DNA from: an uncultured bacterium
GTDB lineage: Bacteria; Krumholzibacteriota; Krumholzibacteriia; LZORAL124-64-63
DNA: 64,000 bases
Direction: 5' to 3'
Assembly: GCA_963727525.1 (NCBI GenBank)
Contig: CAVSGO010000007.1
Location: 1,248,001-1,312,000 of the forward strand
Shown: piece after piece, positions 19,433 through 28,709 of the stretch
How positions within the stretch are numbered: position 1 is the stretch's first letter
How the letters are laid out: each line of letters begins with the position of its first letter
Translations under genes and position numbers: made by a program
Notes under the pieces: generated by a model
Databases searched by the model: none
Seen by the model: the letters and a program-made list of their open reading frames with translations, nothing else
Told to the model about the DNA's origin: nothing

Positions 19433-20296
19433 TCAATCTTCGCGAATCGCTCCATGATGACGGCGTAGGTCCAGCCATTGATCGACCAGCCCGATCGCCG
19501 CACCGCCCGCGATGACCACGGGCCAGAACAGGACCGTCATCATCAACCAGTACACCACACGTAGCGGTCCCGGCAACACCTTGCCGATGTACCACACCTG
19601 TACGGCCGTGCCCTGCACCGCCAGCGCGAGCGTGGCCAGGAGCGCCATATTCACGCCGGCGAGCCGCAGCGGGTGGCTTCCCACGAGGACGAGGCCGAGC
19701 CCCACCGCGAGCACCCAGACCGTCGCCGCCGGCACCGCCCATGTGCGCACCGGCCGCCAGATCCGTTCCTTGCGACGCGCCAGCCAGAGCCCCGCGATCA
19801 GCCCGACGGCCGCCACGGTCACCTGACCCAGGACCACGAAACTCGGCCAGATCCAGGTCATGATCCGGACGACGCCGTCGATCTGCCGCGCAAACTCCGC
19901 GCGCCACGCCTCTCTCTGCGCCTCCGTGGCCGTGGCCGGAAGCTGATGCGCGAAACTCGTGCGCGCCACATCCCGCATCGCATCGAGATTCGCTGCGATC
20001 GTCGCGCCATCGAGGGCTGCGACGATTGTCGGCAGCGTCGCCAGCACCATCACGGCCAGAACCGCGGCGACACGCGCCCCGCGTTGCCACGCCCAGCCGC
20101 CGAGAAGCCCGGCAGCCACGTAGCTGCTGCCATAGATCGCGAGTTCCCGCGAACCCACCGCTGCCGCGAGGACGACGGTCGCGGCAGCCGCCGCAAGCAC
20201 GCGTCCGCGGCGATCGCTCCGAAGCCACGCCGCCAGCCACAGCCCTGGCAACACCAGGGGCGCCATCGCAGCCGCCACCGGCACCCAGGAACTCAC
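19433..20296 (-). CDS. DUF2232 (YybS-like) membrane protein
   Basis: Multi-TM protein ending IGLVDQWLDLR; typical position between rpsR and rplI. Confidence 0.75.
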   Translation of the reverse strand: MSSWVPVAAAMAPLVLPGLWLAAWLRSDRRGRVLAAAAATVVLAAAVGSRELAIYGSSYVAAGLLGGWAWQRGARVAAVLAVMVLATLPTIVAALDGATIAANLDAMRDVARTSFAHQLPATATEAQREAWRAEFARQIDGVVRIMTWIWPSFVVLGQVTVAAVGLIAGLWLARRKERIWRPVRTWAVPAATVWVLAVGLGLVLVGSHPLRLAGVNMALLATLALAVQGTAVQVWYIGKVLPGPLRVVYWLMMTVLFWPVVIAGGAAIGLVDQWLDLRRHHGAIRED

Positions 20297-20308
20297 TGTG
20301 CCTCCCGG

Positions 20309-20575
20309 CTACCGGTAATATTCCCTCACGAACGGCAACAGCGCCAGATGGCGCGCCCGCTTGACGGCCACAGCCAGCATGCGCTGGTAGCGCGCCGTCG
20401 TGCCGGTGTTGCGCCGCGGCGCGATCTTGCCGCGCTCCGTGACGAAACGGCGCAGCAGGTCGACGTCCTTGTAGTCGATGCAGACGTAGCCCATCTTCGT
20501 GAAGTAGCAGGGCTTCTGCTTCGCTGCCCTTCTCTTCTTCTTCTTCTTCTTGATGCGCATGTTCTTGCGCGCCAT
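20309..20575 (-). CDS. rpsR: 30S ribosomal protein S18
   Basis: [36 protein letters not shown]. Confidence 0.97.
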   Translation of the reverse strand: MARKNMRIKKKKKKRRAAKQKPCYFTKMGYVCIDYKDVDLLRRFVTERGKIAPRRNTGTTARYQRMLAVAVKRARHLALLPFVREYYR

Positions 20576-20615
20576 GACGTACCTTCCTTTCGTGCCCCGG
20601 CGGCGACGTCAGCCG

Positions 20616-20981
20616 TCAGTCTTGATTGTCGGCGACATCGTCCTCGGCGTGCGCCTGGCGCCGCTTGGCCATGGCCGCGCGGTTGCGATCCTCCCACTCC
20701 TCATCCCTCACGACCAGGTGACGAAGCACCTTGTCATCGAGGCGCAGGTAGCGGTCGATCTCCGCCACGGCCTGCGGGCCCGAGACGAAGCGCAGCAGCA
20801 TGTAATCGCCCTTGTTCTGGAACTCGATCTCGAACTCCAGCTTCCGGACGCCCCAGTGATTCTCTAGGGTGATCTCGCCGCCGTGCTCGGACACGATGCT
20901 GCGGATCCGATCCACATGGGAACCCATCTCGGGCTCCGGCAGATCGGTGCGCAGGATGAAGATACACTCGTACTTCTGCAT
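20616..20981 (-). CDS. rpsF: 30S ribosomal protein S6
   Basis: KYECIFI, WGVRKL, VLRHLVVR; GGAGG SD. Confidence 0.95.
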   Translation of the reverse strand: MQKYECIFILRTDLPEPEMGSHVDRIRSIVSEHGGEITLENHWGVRKLEFEIEFQNKGDYMLLRFVSGPQAVAEIDRYLRLDDKVLRHLVVRDEEWEDRNRAAMAKRRQAHAEDDVADNQD

Positions 20982-21121
20982 GGGAACACCTCCCTTCGGT
21001 CAGAACGACCCGGTGCCCTATTCGACGCGACTGTGCGTCGTCAGCCCGGGTAGGGATGGCACGTGGCCCCAACGATTCCGTTGTTGCGCTGTCTCGCGGC
21101 TTCTCATGTCCGCGGCCGCAG

Positions 21122-21150
21122 AATATACCCCATCAGTCGGCCGCGGGCAA
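21122..21150 (-). promoter_or_regulatory. sigma70-type promoter for the rpsF operon
   Basis: TTGCCC-N17-TATATT overlapping the pth stop. Confidence 0.65.
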
Positions 21151-21732
21151 GTCCGGTTCGCGTCGGATGGTCCGGTTGTGGCGGGATCCGGCCCCATCCG
21201 GCCCCACGGCCAGGACGTCGACCAGGGCCGCCACGGCCCGCCCCACCAGGTCGGCCACCGCATCCGCCTCGTCCGGCGGGAAGTCGTCGAGGACGTAGTC
21301 GGCCCAGTCCTCGGGCGGCACCGGGGCGTCCCGAGGCCCCACCCCCAGACGCAGCCGCGGCACCGCGTCGTGCCCGAGAGCCGCGAGGATCGAGGCCAGG
21401 CCGTTCTGGCCGCCGGCGCTGCCGCCGTTGCGGAGGCGCAGCGACCCCAGGGGCAGGTGCAGGTCATCACAGACGACCACCAGAGGGGCATCGGCGCCGT
21501 CCGGGGCCTGGTCGTACCAGGCCCGGACGGCGTCGCCACTGCGATTCATGTAGGTGAGCGGTTCGAGCAGCACCGCGTCGTCGTGGCGGGCTTCCCGGAA
21601 ACGGGGGTCCCTCGTCGCCCACGAGACCCCGAGGTGTGCGGCCAGCGCCTCGACCACCCGGAATCCGATGTTGTGACGGTTCCCGCCGTACCGGGGACCG
21701 GGGTTGCCGAGGCCGACGATCAGCACCGGCAT
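21133..21732 (-). CDS. pth: Peptidyl-tRNA hydrolase
   Basis: LIVGLGNPG, NRHNIGF, PLTYMNRSG, RLRLGVG. Confidence 0.95.
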   Translation of the reverse strand: MPVLIVGLGNPGPRYGGNRHNIGFRVVEALAAHLGVSWATRDPRFREARHDDAVLLEPLTYMNRSGDAVRAWYDQAPDGADAPLVVVCDDLHLPLGSLRLRNGGSAGGQNGLASILAALGHDAVPRLRLGVGPRDAPVPPEDWADYVLDDFPPDEADAVADLVGRAVAALVDVLAVGPDGAGSRHNRTIRREPDLPAAD

Positions 21733-22409
21733 CAGTCCTTGCCCTTGGGCTCCTTGGCCTTGGGCTCCTTGGCCTTGGCCTTCGTGTCGGCATCGCCCTC
21801 GGCCGGCGCCGGCTCAGCCACATCCTCCTCCTCGATCGGCTCGGCCAGCACGATCACGGGCTTGACCACAAGCACCAGCGTCTCGGCGTCGGTCACGAAT
21901 TCGCCCATCGAGAGCGCTAGGTCGCTCACGAACCGGCGGTCGTGCAGCTTCAGCTCGCTCACGTCGAGCGTGACGGATTCGGGCATCTCGCGCGGCAAGC
22001 ACGACACCTCGACCTCGTCGAGCATCTGCTGGACCTCGCCCTCGCCGAACTTCACGCATTGCGGCTCGCCGACGAGCACCAGCGGCACCTCGACCGTGAC
22101 CTTCTCGCCGCGCGGGATCTCGAAGAGGTCGACGTGGTAGACCATGTCACTCACGGGATGCTGCTGGATCTCGCGCATCAGCGCCAGCGGCTGATCGCTC
22201 TGGCCTTCGATCGCCAGGTTGAAGATGACGCTGCCACCGTGCAGGTGCGACTTGATCTTCGTGAATTCCGCGACGTCGAGCGCCACGTTCACGGCGGGCC
22301 GGCCTTCGCCATACAGCACGGCCGGGATTCGCCCCGCGGCGCGGGTACGTCGGTTCTCGTTCTTGCCGGTGGTGTGGCGCGCATAGACGTTCAAATTGAC
22401 CAGGGCCAT
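21732..22409 (-). CDS. rplY: 50S ribosomal protein L25 / Ctc
   Basis: RRTRAAGRIPAVLYG, QQHPV...HVDLF, EVPLVLVG; three-domain form with an acidic/Lys-rich tail. Confidence 0.93.
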   Translation of the reverse strand: MALVNLNVYARHTTGKNENRRTRAAGRIPAVLYGEGRPAVNVALDVAEFTKIKSHLHGGSVIFNLAIEGQSDQPLALMREIQQHPVSDMVYHVDLFEIPRGEKVTVEVPLVLVGEPQCVKFGEGEVQQMLDEVEVSCLPREMPESVTLDVSELKLHDRRFVSDLALSMGEFVTDAETLVLVVKPVIVLAEPIEEEDVAEPAPAEGDADTKAKAKEPKAKEPKGKD

Positions 22410-22596
22410 GATAAGCCTCCGCGTTCGACGCGATCCGTCGGGCTCGCCGCCCGTTGCGGCAAGGATCCTCTGCGGGGAGCGCACCAAGCGCCCCGCGCCC
22501 CCCGGGGCCAGATGGTCCGGGACGATCACGTCCTTCGATTGTGCAAAAAGGACCGTAGAAGAAAGCACGCCCGCCAGTTGCTGTCAAGCCGACCGG

Positions 22597-23535
22597 CTAA
22601 ACGAACAGGGCGCTCACCGTCTTTTCCAGGTGGATGCGCTCGATGGCTTCCGCGAGAAGTGGCGCCACGTCGAGCACCCGGATCTTGGGGCACTCGTCCG
22701 TCCGCTGGAAGGGGATGGTGTTGGTGACCGCGAGTTCCTGCAGCGGCGAGTTGGTGATCCGCTCGAGTGCGGGTCCCGAAAGGATGGGATGCGTTGCCGA
22801 GGCCCGCACTGACCGCGCCCCCTGCTTCTCGACGCACACGCGCGCGGCATCCGTGAGCGTGCCCGCGGTGTCCACCATGTCGTCGAAGATAATCACGTCC
22901 TTGCCCTCGACGTCGCCGATGAAGTTCATGACCTCCAGCACGTTGGGCCGCGGGCGTCGCTTGTCGATGATGGCCAGGCTGGCGTCGAGGCGCTTGGCGA
23001 ACGCTCGCGCCATCTTGATGCTACCCACGTCCGGCGCGACCACTGCCACATTGCCGCGGTCGATGTTCTCGAAGTGCTTGAGTAACACGGGCGCCGAGTA
23101 GAGATGGTCGAGCGGGATATCGAAGAAGCCCTGGATCTGCGGCGCGTGCAGGTCGATCGTGAGTACGCGCTGGGCTCCGGCGGCCGTGATGAGGTTGGCC
23201 ATGAGTTTCGCCGCGATGGGCACCCGTGGCTGGTCCTTGCGATCCTGGCGGGCGTAGCCGAAATACGGGATCACCGCTGTCACCCGGCGCGACGAGGCGC
23301 GCTTCACCGCGTCGAGCAGAAGCAGGAGTTCGATCAGATTCTCCGCGGGCGGCATCGTGGGCTGGATCAGGAAGACGTCGGTGCCGCGGATGTTCTCCTT
23401 GATCTTGACGCGTATCTCCTGGTCACTGAAGCGATCGACCTCGACGTCGCGCAGTTCCACATTGAGGCAATCGGCGATGCGCCGCGCGATCTCGGGATTG
23501 GCATTGCCGCTGATCAACACCAGTTCGTTGTACAT
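22597..23535 (-). CDS. prs: Ribose-phosphate pyrophosphokinase
   Basis: PYFGYARQDRK, DLHAPQIQGFF, DDMVDTAGT. Confidence 0.97.
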   Translation of the reverse strand: MYNELVLISGNANPEIARRIADCLNVELRDVEVDRFSDQEIRVKIKENIRGTDVFLIQPTMPPAENLIELLLLLDAVKRASSRRVTAVIPYFGYARQDRKDQPRVPIAAKLMANLITAAGAQRVLTIDLHAPQIQGFFDIPLDHLYSAPVLLKHFENIDRGNVAVVAPDVGSIKMARAFAKRLDASLAIIDKRRPRPNVLEVMNFIGDVEGKDVIIFDDMVDTAGTLTDAARVCVEKQGARSVRASATHPILSGPALERITNSPLQELAVTNTIPFQRTDECPKIRVLDVAPLLAEAIERIHLEKTVSALFV

Positions 23536-23608
23536 CGACCAACCTCTTCGAATACGAGCGTGTCACCTGACAGGAAAACGCCCCAGCTTCTGGGGCGCAA
23601 CGAAACGC

Positions 23609-23683
23609 TGGCTGGGGCGGCAGGATTCGAACCTGCGAATGCAAGGACCAAAACCTTGTGTCTTACCACTTGACGACGCCCCA
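23609..23683 (-). tRNA. tRNA-Gln(TTG)
   Basis: TGGGGCG...CAAGG-TT-TTG-GT-CCTTG...GGTTCGAATCC...GCCA. Confidence 0.96.
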
Positions 23684-23692
23684 GCGCTCGCG

Positions 23693-24031
23693 TCAGTAAC
23701 TCTCCTCCATCGCGCTGCCACCGTCGTCATCGTACGGCCCATGGGCCGATGGAGGCGGGATCTCGCCCTTCTCCACGCGTTGCATCTCGATCCTGTACGC
23801 CGCAATGACCTGGTTTTCCATCCACTCGCGCGTGTCCATGTTGATGGGATGCGCGATATCCTGAAACGTCCCGTCCTTGCGCTTGCGACTCGGCATGGCG
23901 ATGAACAGCCCGGCGGCGCCCTCGATGATCTTCAAACCGCGGATCACGAAGCAGTTGTCGAGGGTGATGCTTGCAAAGCCCTTGAGCTTGTTGTCATCGC
24001 GCAAGGTGATCCTGATCTCGGAAATCTCCAC
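23693..24031 (-). CDS. spoVG: SpoVG family nucleic-acid-binding regulator
   Basis: LKGFASITLDNCFVIRGLKII, LFIAMPSRK, FQDIAHPIN. Confidence 0.95.
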   Translation of the reverse strand: MEISEIRITLRDDNKLKGFASITLDNCFVIRGLKIIEGAAGLFIAMPSRKRKDGTFQDIAHPINMDTREWMENQVIAAYRIEMQRVEKGEIPPPSAHGPYDDDGGSAMEESY

Positions 24032-24080
24032 GCTATCCCTCTTTCGGCTGCTGCCGCAATATCAACAGACTATCGGCAAC

Positions 24081-25007
24081 TCACCCCTCCAAGACCTGCA
24101 CCCCTGCGGGGTGAGGAGCGACGCACCGGGCGAAGGCGAAGTCGGTTCCCAGCATGCTCACGCTCTCCTCGGCTTGACGCGCATCCGGGAATACGCCATA
24201 GATCGCTGACCCGCTTCCGGTGAGCATGGCCACGGGCGCCAGCTCTCTCAACTTGAAGAGGGCCCGCTGCAACTCCGGATGGGAAGGAAGAACCACCTCC
24301 TCCAACCTGTTGCTGCCGAACCAGGAACCTGTTGGAAACCTGGCAATTAAGGGCTTAATTACCTGGATGTTAGCGACCGCCGATCGTACTGTCAATCCCA
24401 TTTTGAGGCCGAGATAAACCTCACGTGTCGCCAACTCCAAGCGAGGCTTCAAGATGAGAAAATAACCGGCTCGGATGGTCGGCAATGCGGTGAGATCATA
24501 GCCGCGGCCTCGGCCGAGCGCCGTGGCGCCGCGGTGGAAGAACGGCACATCCGAGCCGAGGCGTGCCCCCATCGCGACGAACGCCGGGGTGTCGAGGGCC
24601 GTCCCGAAAAGCCGATCGCAGGCCACGAGCACGGCCATGGCATCGCTGCTGCCGCCTCCCAGCCCCGCGCCCACGGGGATCTCCTTGTCCAGCTCAATCT
24701 GCAGGTGACCGCTCACGCGCTGCGTCTCGCAGAAGAGACGCGCGGCACGCCAGCACAGATTCGTCTCGTCATCGGGCACACGGCCGTGCGGTCGCACGAG
24801 CAGCTCGATCAACGGCACGCCGCCGGCCTGGGTACGCACGAGCGTGACGCGCAGGTGGTCGAAGAGTGCCACCGTCTGCAGAACAGTCTCGATCTCATGG
24901 TAACCGTCCGGCCGCTGCCGCAGCACCTCGAGGTGCAGGTTCACCTTGGCCGGGGCACGCAGCGCGAGCCGGCGCGTGCCCGGTTGCTGGTGCGGCGAGT
25001 TGTTCAC
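24081..25007 (-). CDS. ispE: 4-diphosphocytidyl-2-C-methyl-D-erythritol kinase
   Basis: APAKVNLHL, DGYHEI, KEIPVGAGLGGGSSDA, GSDVPFF, TGSGS. Confidence 0.95.
   Translation of the reverse strand: MNNSPHQQPGTRRLALRAPAKVNLHLEVLRQRPDGYHEIETVLQTVALFDHLRVTLVRTQAGGVPLIELLVRPHGRVPDDETNLCWRAARLFCETQRVSGHLQIELDKEIPVGAGLGGGSSDAMAVLVACDRLFGTALDTPAFVAMGARLGSDVPFFHRGATALGRGRGYDLTALPTIRAGYFLILKPRLELATREVYLGLKMGLTVRSAVANIQVIKPLIARFPTGSWFGSNRLEEVVLPSHPELQRALFKLRELAPVAMLTGSGSAIYGVFPDARQAEESVSMLGTDFAFARCVAPHPAGVQVLEG
24367..24395 (-). promoter_or_regulatory. sigma70 promoter inside ispE
   Basis: TTGACA-N17-TAACAT in a locally AT-rich patch. Confidence 0.7.
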
Positions 25008-25969
25008 GCATTCTCCTTGGCGACATAGGTCGCGAACAGTCGGCCCCAGGGTGTGTCCGCCACCCGTCGCCACGATCGACGGCCGACCGTGGGGTACCAC
25101 AAGAGATCTCGCACCGCCGCACCGACTCGCGGGGTCCAGCGATGTCCCGCCATCGGAGTCGATCGCGACGCGGCCACGTGCGGCAGGCGCAGAGCACCGG
25201 CGTCGGCATCGCCGAGCACCGTGATGGCCTGCAGATCGGCCGACCCCAACCCCGCCGCCTGACACGCCCGCAGCCAGGGCAGGCGCCAGGCGTCGAGCCC
25301 GAGCAACCGCGCCGCCACAGCGTCGACCGCGACTGGATCGTATCCCGCCAGCAGCACGTTGGCCACCACGGGAAGTCGACCACCCGGGCCGGGCCGGTCA
25401 CCACAGACGGTGGCGTCCATCACCACAAAGGTGGCGGGCGTGACCGTCGCGCGCAACCGAAGCAGATCGCACCAGGCATCCGGCGTCGCCATGGCCGTGG
25501 CGCGGGCGTGTGGCGGCAGCCACGCGAGGTGCGCCGCTACCGCCCCGCGCAGACCCCAGCGGGAATCCGTGCGCAGCACGGGCAATAGCACCGCCCCGCG
25601 CCCCTGCAGCGGCGCCTCACCGCGCGCCGTCGCCGCATCGAGATCGGTCAGCTTCAGGCCGCGCGTACGGAGAACGCCATCCCAGCCGAGCTCCGCGCCT
25701 GCCCGGCGCGGCGCCGCCCCCGGCACGCCGGCCGCGACCGCCCGCACATCCGCGCGGCCCGCGAGGGCCAGGGCCATGCCGTCGAGATGCCACGGGGCCG
25801 TTCCGGCCGCCGGCAGGCGCCGCGGCCATGCGACGTCGAGGACGAGGACGTGCCCGGCCTCGCCGACGGCATCCGCGTAGGCCGCGAATCCCGCGAGGCG
25901 CGCGGCGCGTTCCAGATCGGCCGTCACCGTTTCTGGCCGCGTATTCACGAGAGCAACATGCGCATCCAT
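25004..25969 (-). CDS. DUF362-like protein (divergent)
   Basis: VVMDATVCGDRPGP, NVLLAGYDPVAVDAVAARLLG. Confidence 0.65.
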   Translation of the reverse strand: MDAHVALVNTRPETVTADLERAARLAGFAAYADAVGEAGHVLVLDVAWPRRLPAAGTAPWHLDGMALALAGRADVRAVAAGVPGAAPRRAGAELGWDGVLRTRGLKLTDLDAATARGEAPLQGRGAVLLPVLRTDSRWGLRGAVAAHLAWLPPHARATAMATPDAWCDLLRLRATVTPATFVVMDATVCGDRPGPGGRLPVVANVLLAGYDPVAVDAVAARLLGLDAWRLPWLRACQAAGLGSADLQAITVLGDADAGALRLPHVAASRSTPMAGHRWTPRVGAAVRDLLWYPTVGRRSWRRVADTPWGRLFATYVAKENA

Positions 25970-26035
25970 GGTCACCTCCGACCGCTGCCAACGTCGGCTG
26001 GTGGTTCGGGTTCCCTCGCAGCGGTTGGGCACGGG

Positions 26036-27514
26036 TCAGTAGGCGTTCTCCCCACGCACGATATGATCGACCGTCATCAGCAGGATCCGCACATCGAGCC
26101 ACACCGACCAGTTCTCCACGTAATGCAGATCGTACAGCGTCCGCGTCTCGATGCTCGAATTCCCCCGTAGTCCATTCACCTGAGCCCAACCGGTGAGCCC
26201 CGACTTCACGCGATGCCGTTCGAAGTAGCGCGGCATCTCCTGGCTGAACTGCTCGACGAAGACCCTTCGCTCCGGCCGGGGTCCCACCAGGCTCATGTCG
26301 CCGGACAGCACGTTCAGGAGCTGCGGCAACTCGTCCAGGCTCCAGCGCCGCAGCAAGCGGCCGAGCGGCGTGACGCGCGGATCGTCGGCGACCGTCCACA
26401 CCGGCCCCGAAGCCTTCTCGGCGTCCGTGCGCATGGAACGGAACTTCAGCATGGTGAACTCGCGCCCGTCACGTCCGACGCGGCGTTGCCGGTAGAGCAA
26501 CGGACCGGGTGACGAAAGCTTTATCCCCAGGGCCAGCGCGAGCAGAACGGGCGCGAGCGCCACCAGCCCGACGGCCGACAGCACCAGGTCGAAGGTCCGC
26601 TTCACGATGCGGTCGGCCCCGCTCAACGCCACCTCGCGCACGGAGATCAGCGGCAGGCCGGCCACCTCCGTCAGCCGCATCTTGCTCGTGTGTAGCTCCA
26701 CGAGGTCGGGCACGAACTGGACGTCGGTCGTCAGATTCGCGAGCGCCGCTACCATGTCGGTGATCAGGGGCAACTGGTCGAATCGCAACGTGAGCACCAC
26801 GCGATCGATCTGCCGGGCGACGACCACGTCGCGGATCTCGGCGATGCCACCCAGACAGGGGATCGGCGGCGGCGGCGCCACCTCGCGATGCGGGTTGCCG
26901 CTGGCATCGAGGGGCGACTCCACGATCTGCACATGCTGCGGCCCCGGGTCGAGCTCCCCCGGGATGCTCAACCAGCCGACGATCTCCAGCGCCAGTCCGG
27001 GCAGGTCCCGCACCGCCTGCAGCAGCCGCATACGCATGCGCGTATCGCCCGCCAGGAGCACCCGCGAGCGCCGCATGCCGCGCTGGAGCACGCGCGCCAG
27101 CACGCGCCGCGTGACGATGCGGCCGACGCACAGGCACACCCAGCTCGTCCAGAAGAAGATCCCGAAGAACGAACGGCTGAAGGTCATCGCTCGCACGAAG
27201 AACGCCAGAGCCAGCACGAGAAGGCTGCTCACCACCATTCCGCGGAAGAGCCCCACAAAATCGTACTCGATGCGCCGTCCGCCGCGGTCGGCATAGAGAC
27301 CAAGCGCATAGAAGATGGCCAGGAACACCATGAGGGTCACGACGCTGGCCACGAGGTACGGACCGAAGGGCGGTATGCCCAGCGGCACGAGCCAGACCCC
27401 GCTATGGAAACGCCACCAGTAGGTGAGCAGGAACGCCACCTCGAGCATCACCGCGTCGATGATCATCGTGACGGCCGGTTCCAGCAGATCATCGCGCCGA
27501 CGTGTCTCAACCAT
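26036..27514 (-). CDS. Undecaprenyl-phosphate sugar phosphotransferase (WcaJ/WbaP family)
   Basis: KRTFDL, KFRSM, LDELPQLLNVLSGDMSLVGPRPE, GLTGWAQV, DLHYVENWS. Confidence 0.93.
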   Translation of the reverse strand: MVETRRRDDLLEPAVTMIIDAVMLEVAFLLTYWWRFHSGVWLVPLGIPPFGPYLVASVVTLMVFLAIFYALGLYADRGGRRIEYDFVGLFRGMVVSSLLVLALAFFVRAMTFSRSFFGIFFWTSWVCLCVGRIVTRRVLARVLQRGMRRSRVLLAGDTRMRMRLLQAVRDLPGLALEIVGWLSIPGELDPGPQHVQIVESPLDASGNPHREVAPPPPIPCLGGIAEIRDVVVARQIDRVVLTLRFDQLPLITDMVAALANLTTDVQFVPDLVELHTSKMRLTEVAGLPLISVREVALSGADRIVKRTFDLVLSAVGLVALAPVLLALALGIKLSSPGPLLYRQRRVGRDGREFTMLKFRSMRTDAEKASGPVWTVADDPRVTPLGRLLRRWSLDELPQLLNVLSGDMSLVGPRPERRVFVEQFSQEMPRYFERHRVKSGLTGWAQVNGLRGNSSIETRTLYDLHYVENWSVWLDVRILLMTVDHIVRGENAY

Positions 27515-28709
27515 GGCGCGCCTCCCGCGGCCGGTGCTGCGCCCATGCCTGCCGCAGCCGTGACGCGATCTCCTCCCGGAATCGCTGGCGGCCGAACGCC
27601 TCGGCATGGCGCCTCATCGCCACCCGATCCCACGGCTCGTCGAGCCGGGGGTCGTCGAGCGCCGCAGCGAGACTGGTGGCCGTCTGCTCCGGGAAGAAGA
27701 TGCCGTTGAGGCCCTCGCGTACGGTGTCGAACACGCCGCCGGCGCCGTAGGCCACCACGGGCGTGCCGCAGGCTGTGGCTTCCAGGGGGGTGATGCCGAA
27801 GTCCTCGTGGCCGGGAAAGACGAAACTCCGCGCGTGCGCATACAGAGATGGGAGCTGTGGCGTGGCGACGGCGCCCAGGAAGGTCACGGGCCCTTCGGCA
27901 CCCAGCGCCCGCAAGCGCGCGGCCTCGCTGCCTTTGCCCACGACCACGAGCGGTCGCCGCGCCATGCAGGCCGCCCGTACCGCGATGTCGATCCGCTTGT
28001 ACGGCACGAGCGCCGATACGACGAGGTCGTAGCTGCCGCTCGCCAGGCCTGGTGGCGGCAGCAATGTGGTCGCGTCGCCCAGAAACATGTCCACGTCCAC
28101 CGGCGGCGCGATCACGGCGATGTGCGGCGGCGCAACGTCGTAGTAGTCGACGATGCGCTGGCGCACGCAGGTGCTGTTGGCGAGCCACAGATTCACGCGG
28201 TGGGCGGTGCGCCGGTCCCAGGCGCGTAGCCAGGCGGCCTGGCGCGCGATGAGCCAGCGCAGCGGCTGCGGCTTGCGGCCGAAGTAGTCGTCGAACCGAT
28301 CCCATACGTAGCGCATCGGCGTGTGGCAGTAACAGACACTCAGCGCTCCGGGCGCCGGCCGTGCAGACTTGGCGACGCAGTGGCTACTCGAGAGGACGAG
28401 GTCGTAGCCCCCCAGGTCGAACGACTCCACGGCCGATGGCATGAGCGGCAGCGCCCAGCGATAGATACGCGCGGCCGCGGGGAGGTGCTGGATACGACCG
28501 GCGGTGACGATGCGATGCCGCGCGATCGAGGCACTCACCGCGCCCGGCACGTGCAGGAGCGTGAAAATATCGGCCTGCGGGAAGATCTCGCAGAAGACCT
28601 CGAGGCACTTCTCGCCACCGCGCATGCCGGTGAGCCAGTCGTGCACCAGCGCCACGCGCAAGTCGCGCGGGAAGGACGACGCGATCTCCGCAACCTCAGG
28701 CATCGCCAC
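27507..28709 (-). CDS. GT4 glycosyltransferase
   Basis: VHDWLTGMRGGE, YCHTPMRY, YKRID, EDFGITPLEA. Confidence 0.92.
   Translation of the reverse strand: MAMPEVAEIASSFPRDLRVALVHDWLTGMRGGEKCLEVFCEIFPQADIFTLLHVPGAVSASIARHRIVTAGRIQHLPAAARIYRWALPLMPSAVESFDLGGYDLVLSSSHCVAKSARPAPGALSVCYCHTPMRYVWDRFDDYFGRKPQPLRWLIARQAAWLRAWDRRTAHRVNLWLANSTCVRQRIVDYYDVAPPHIAVIAPPVDVDMFLGDATTLLPPPGLASGSYDLVVSALVPYKRIDIAVRAACMARRPLVVVGKGSEAARLRALGAEGPVTFLGAVATPQLPSLYAHARSFVFPGHEDFGITPLEATACGTPVVAYGAGGVFDTVREGLNGIFFPEQTATSLAAALDDPRLDEPWDRVAMRRHAEAFGRQRFREEIASRLRQAWAQHRPREARHG

Noticed and set aside
21742-21782. Tandem 15-bp repeat
   Set aside because: It encodes the low-complexity KAKEP tail of L25.
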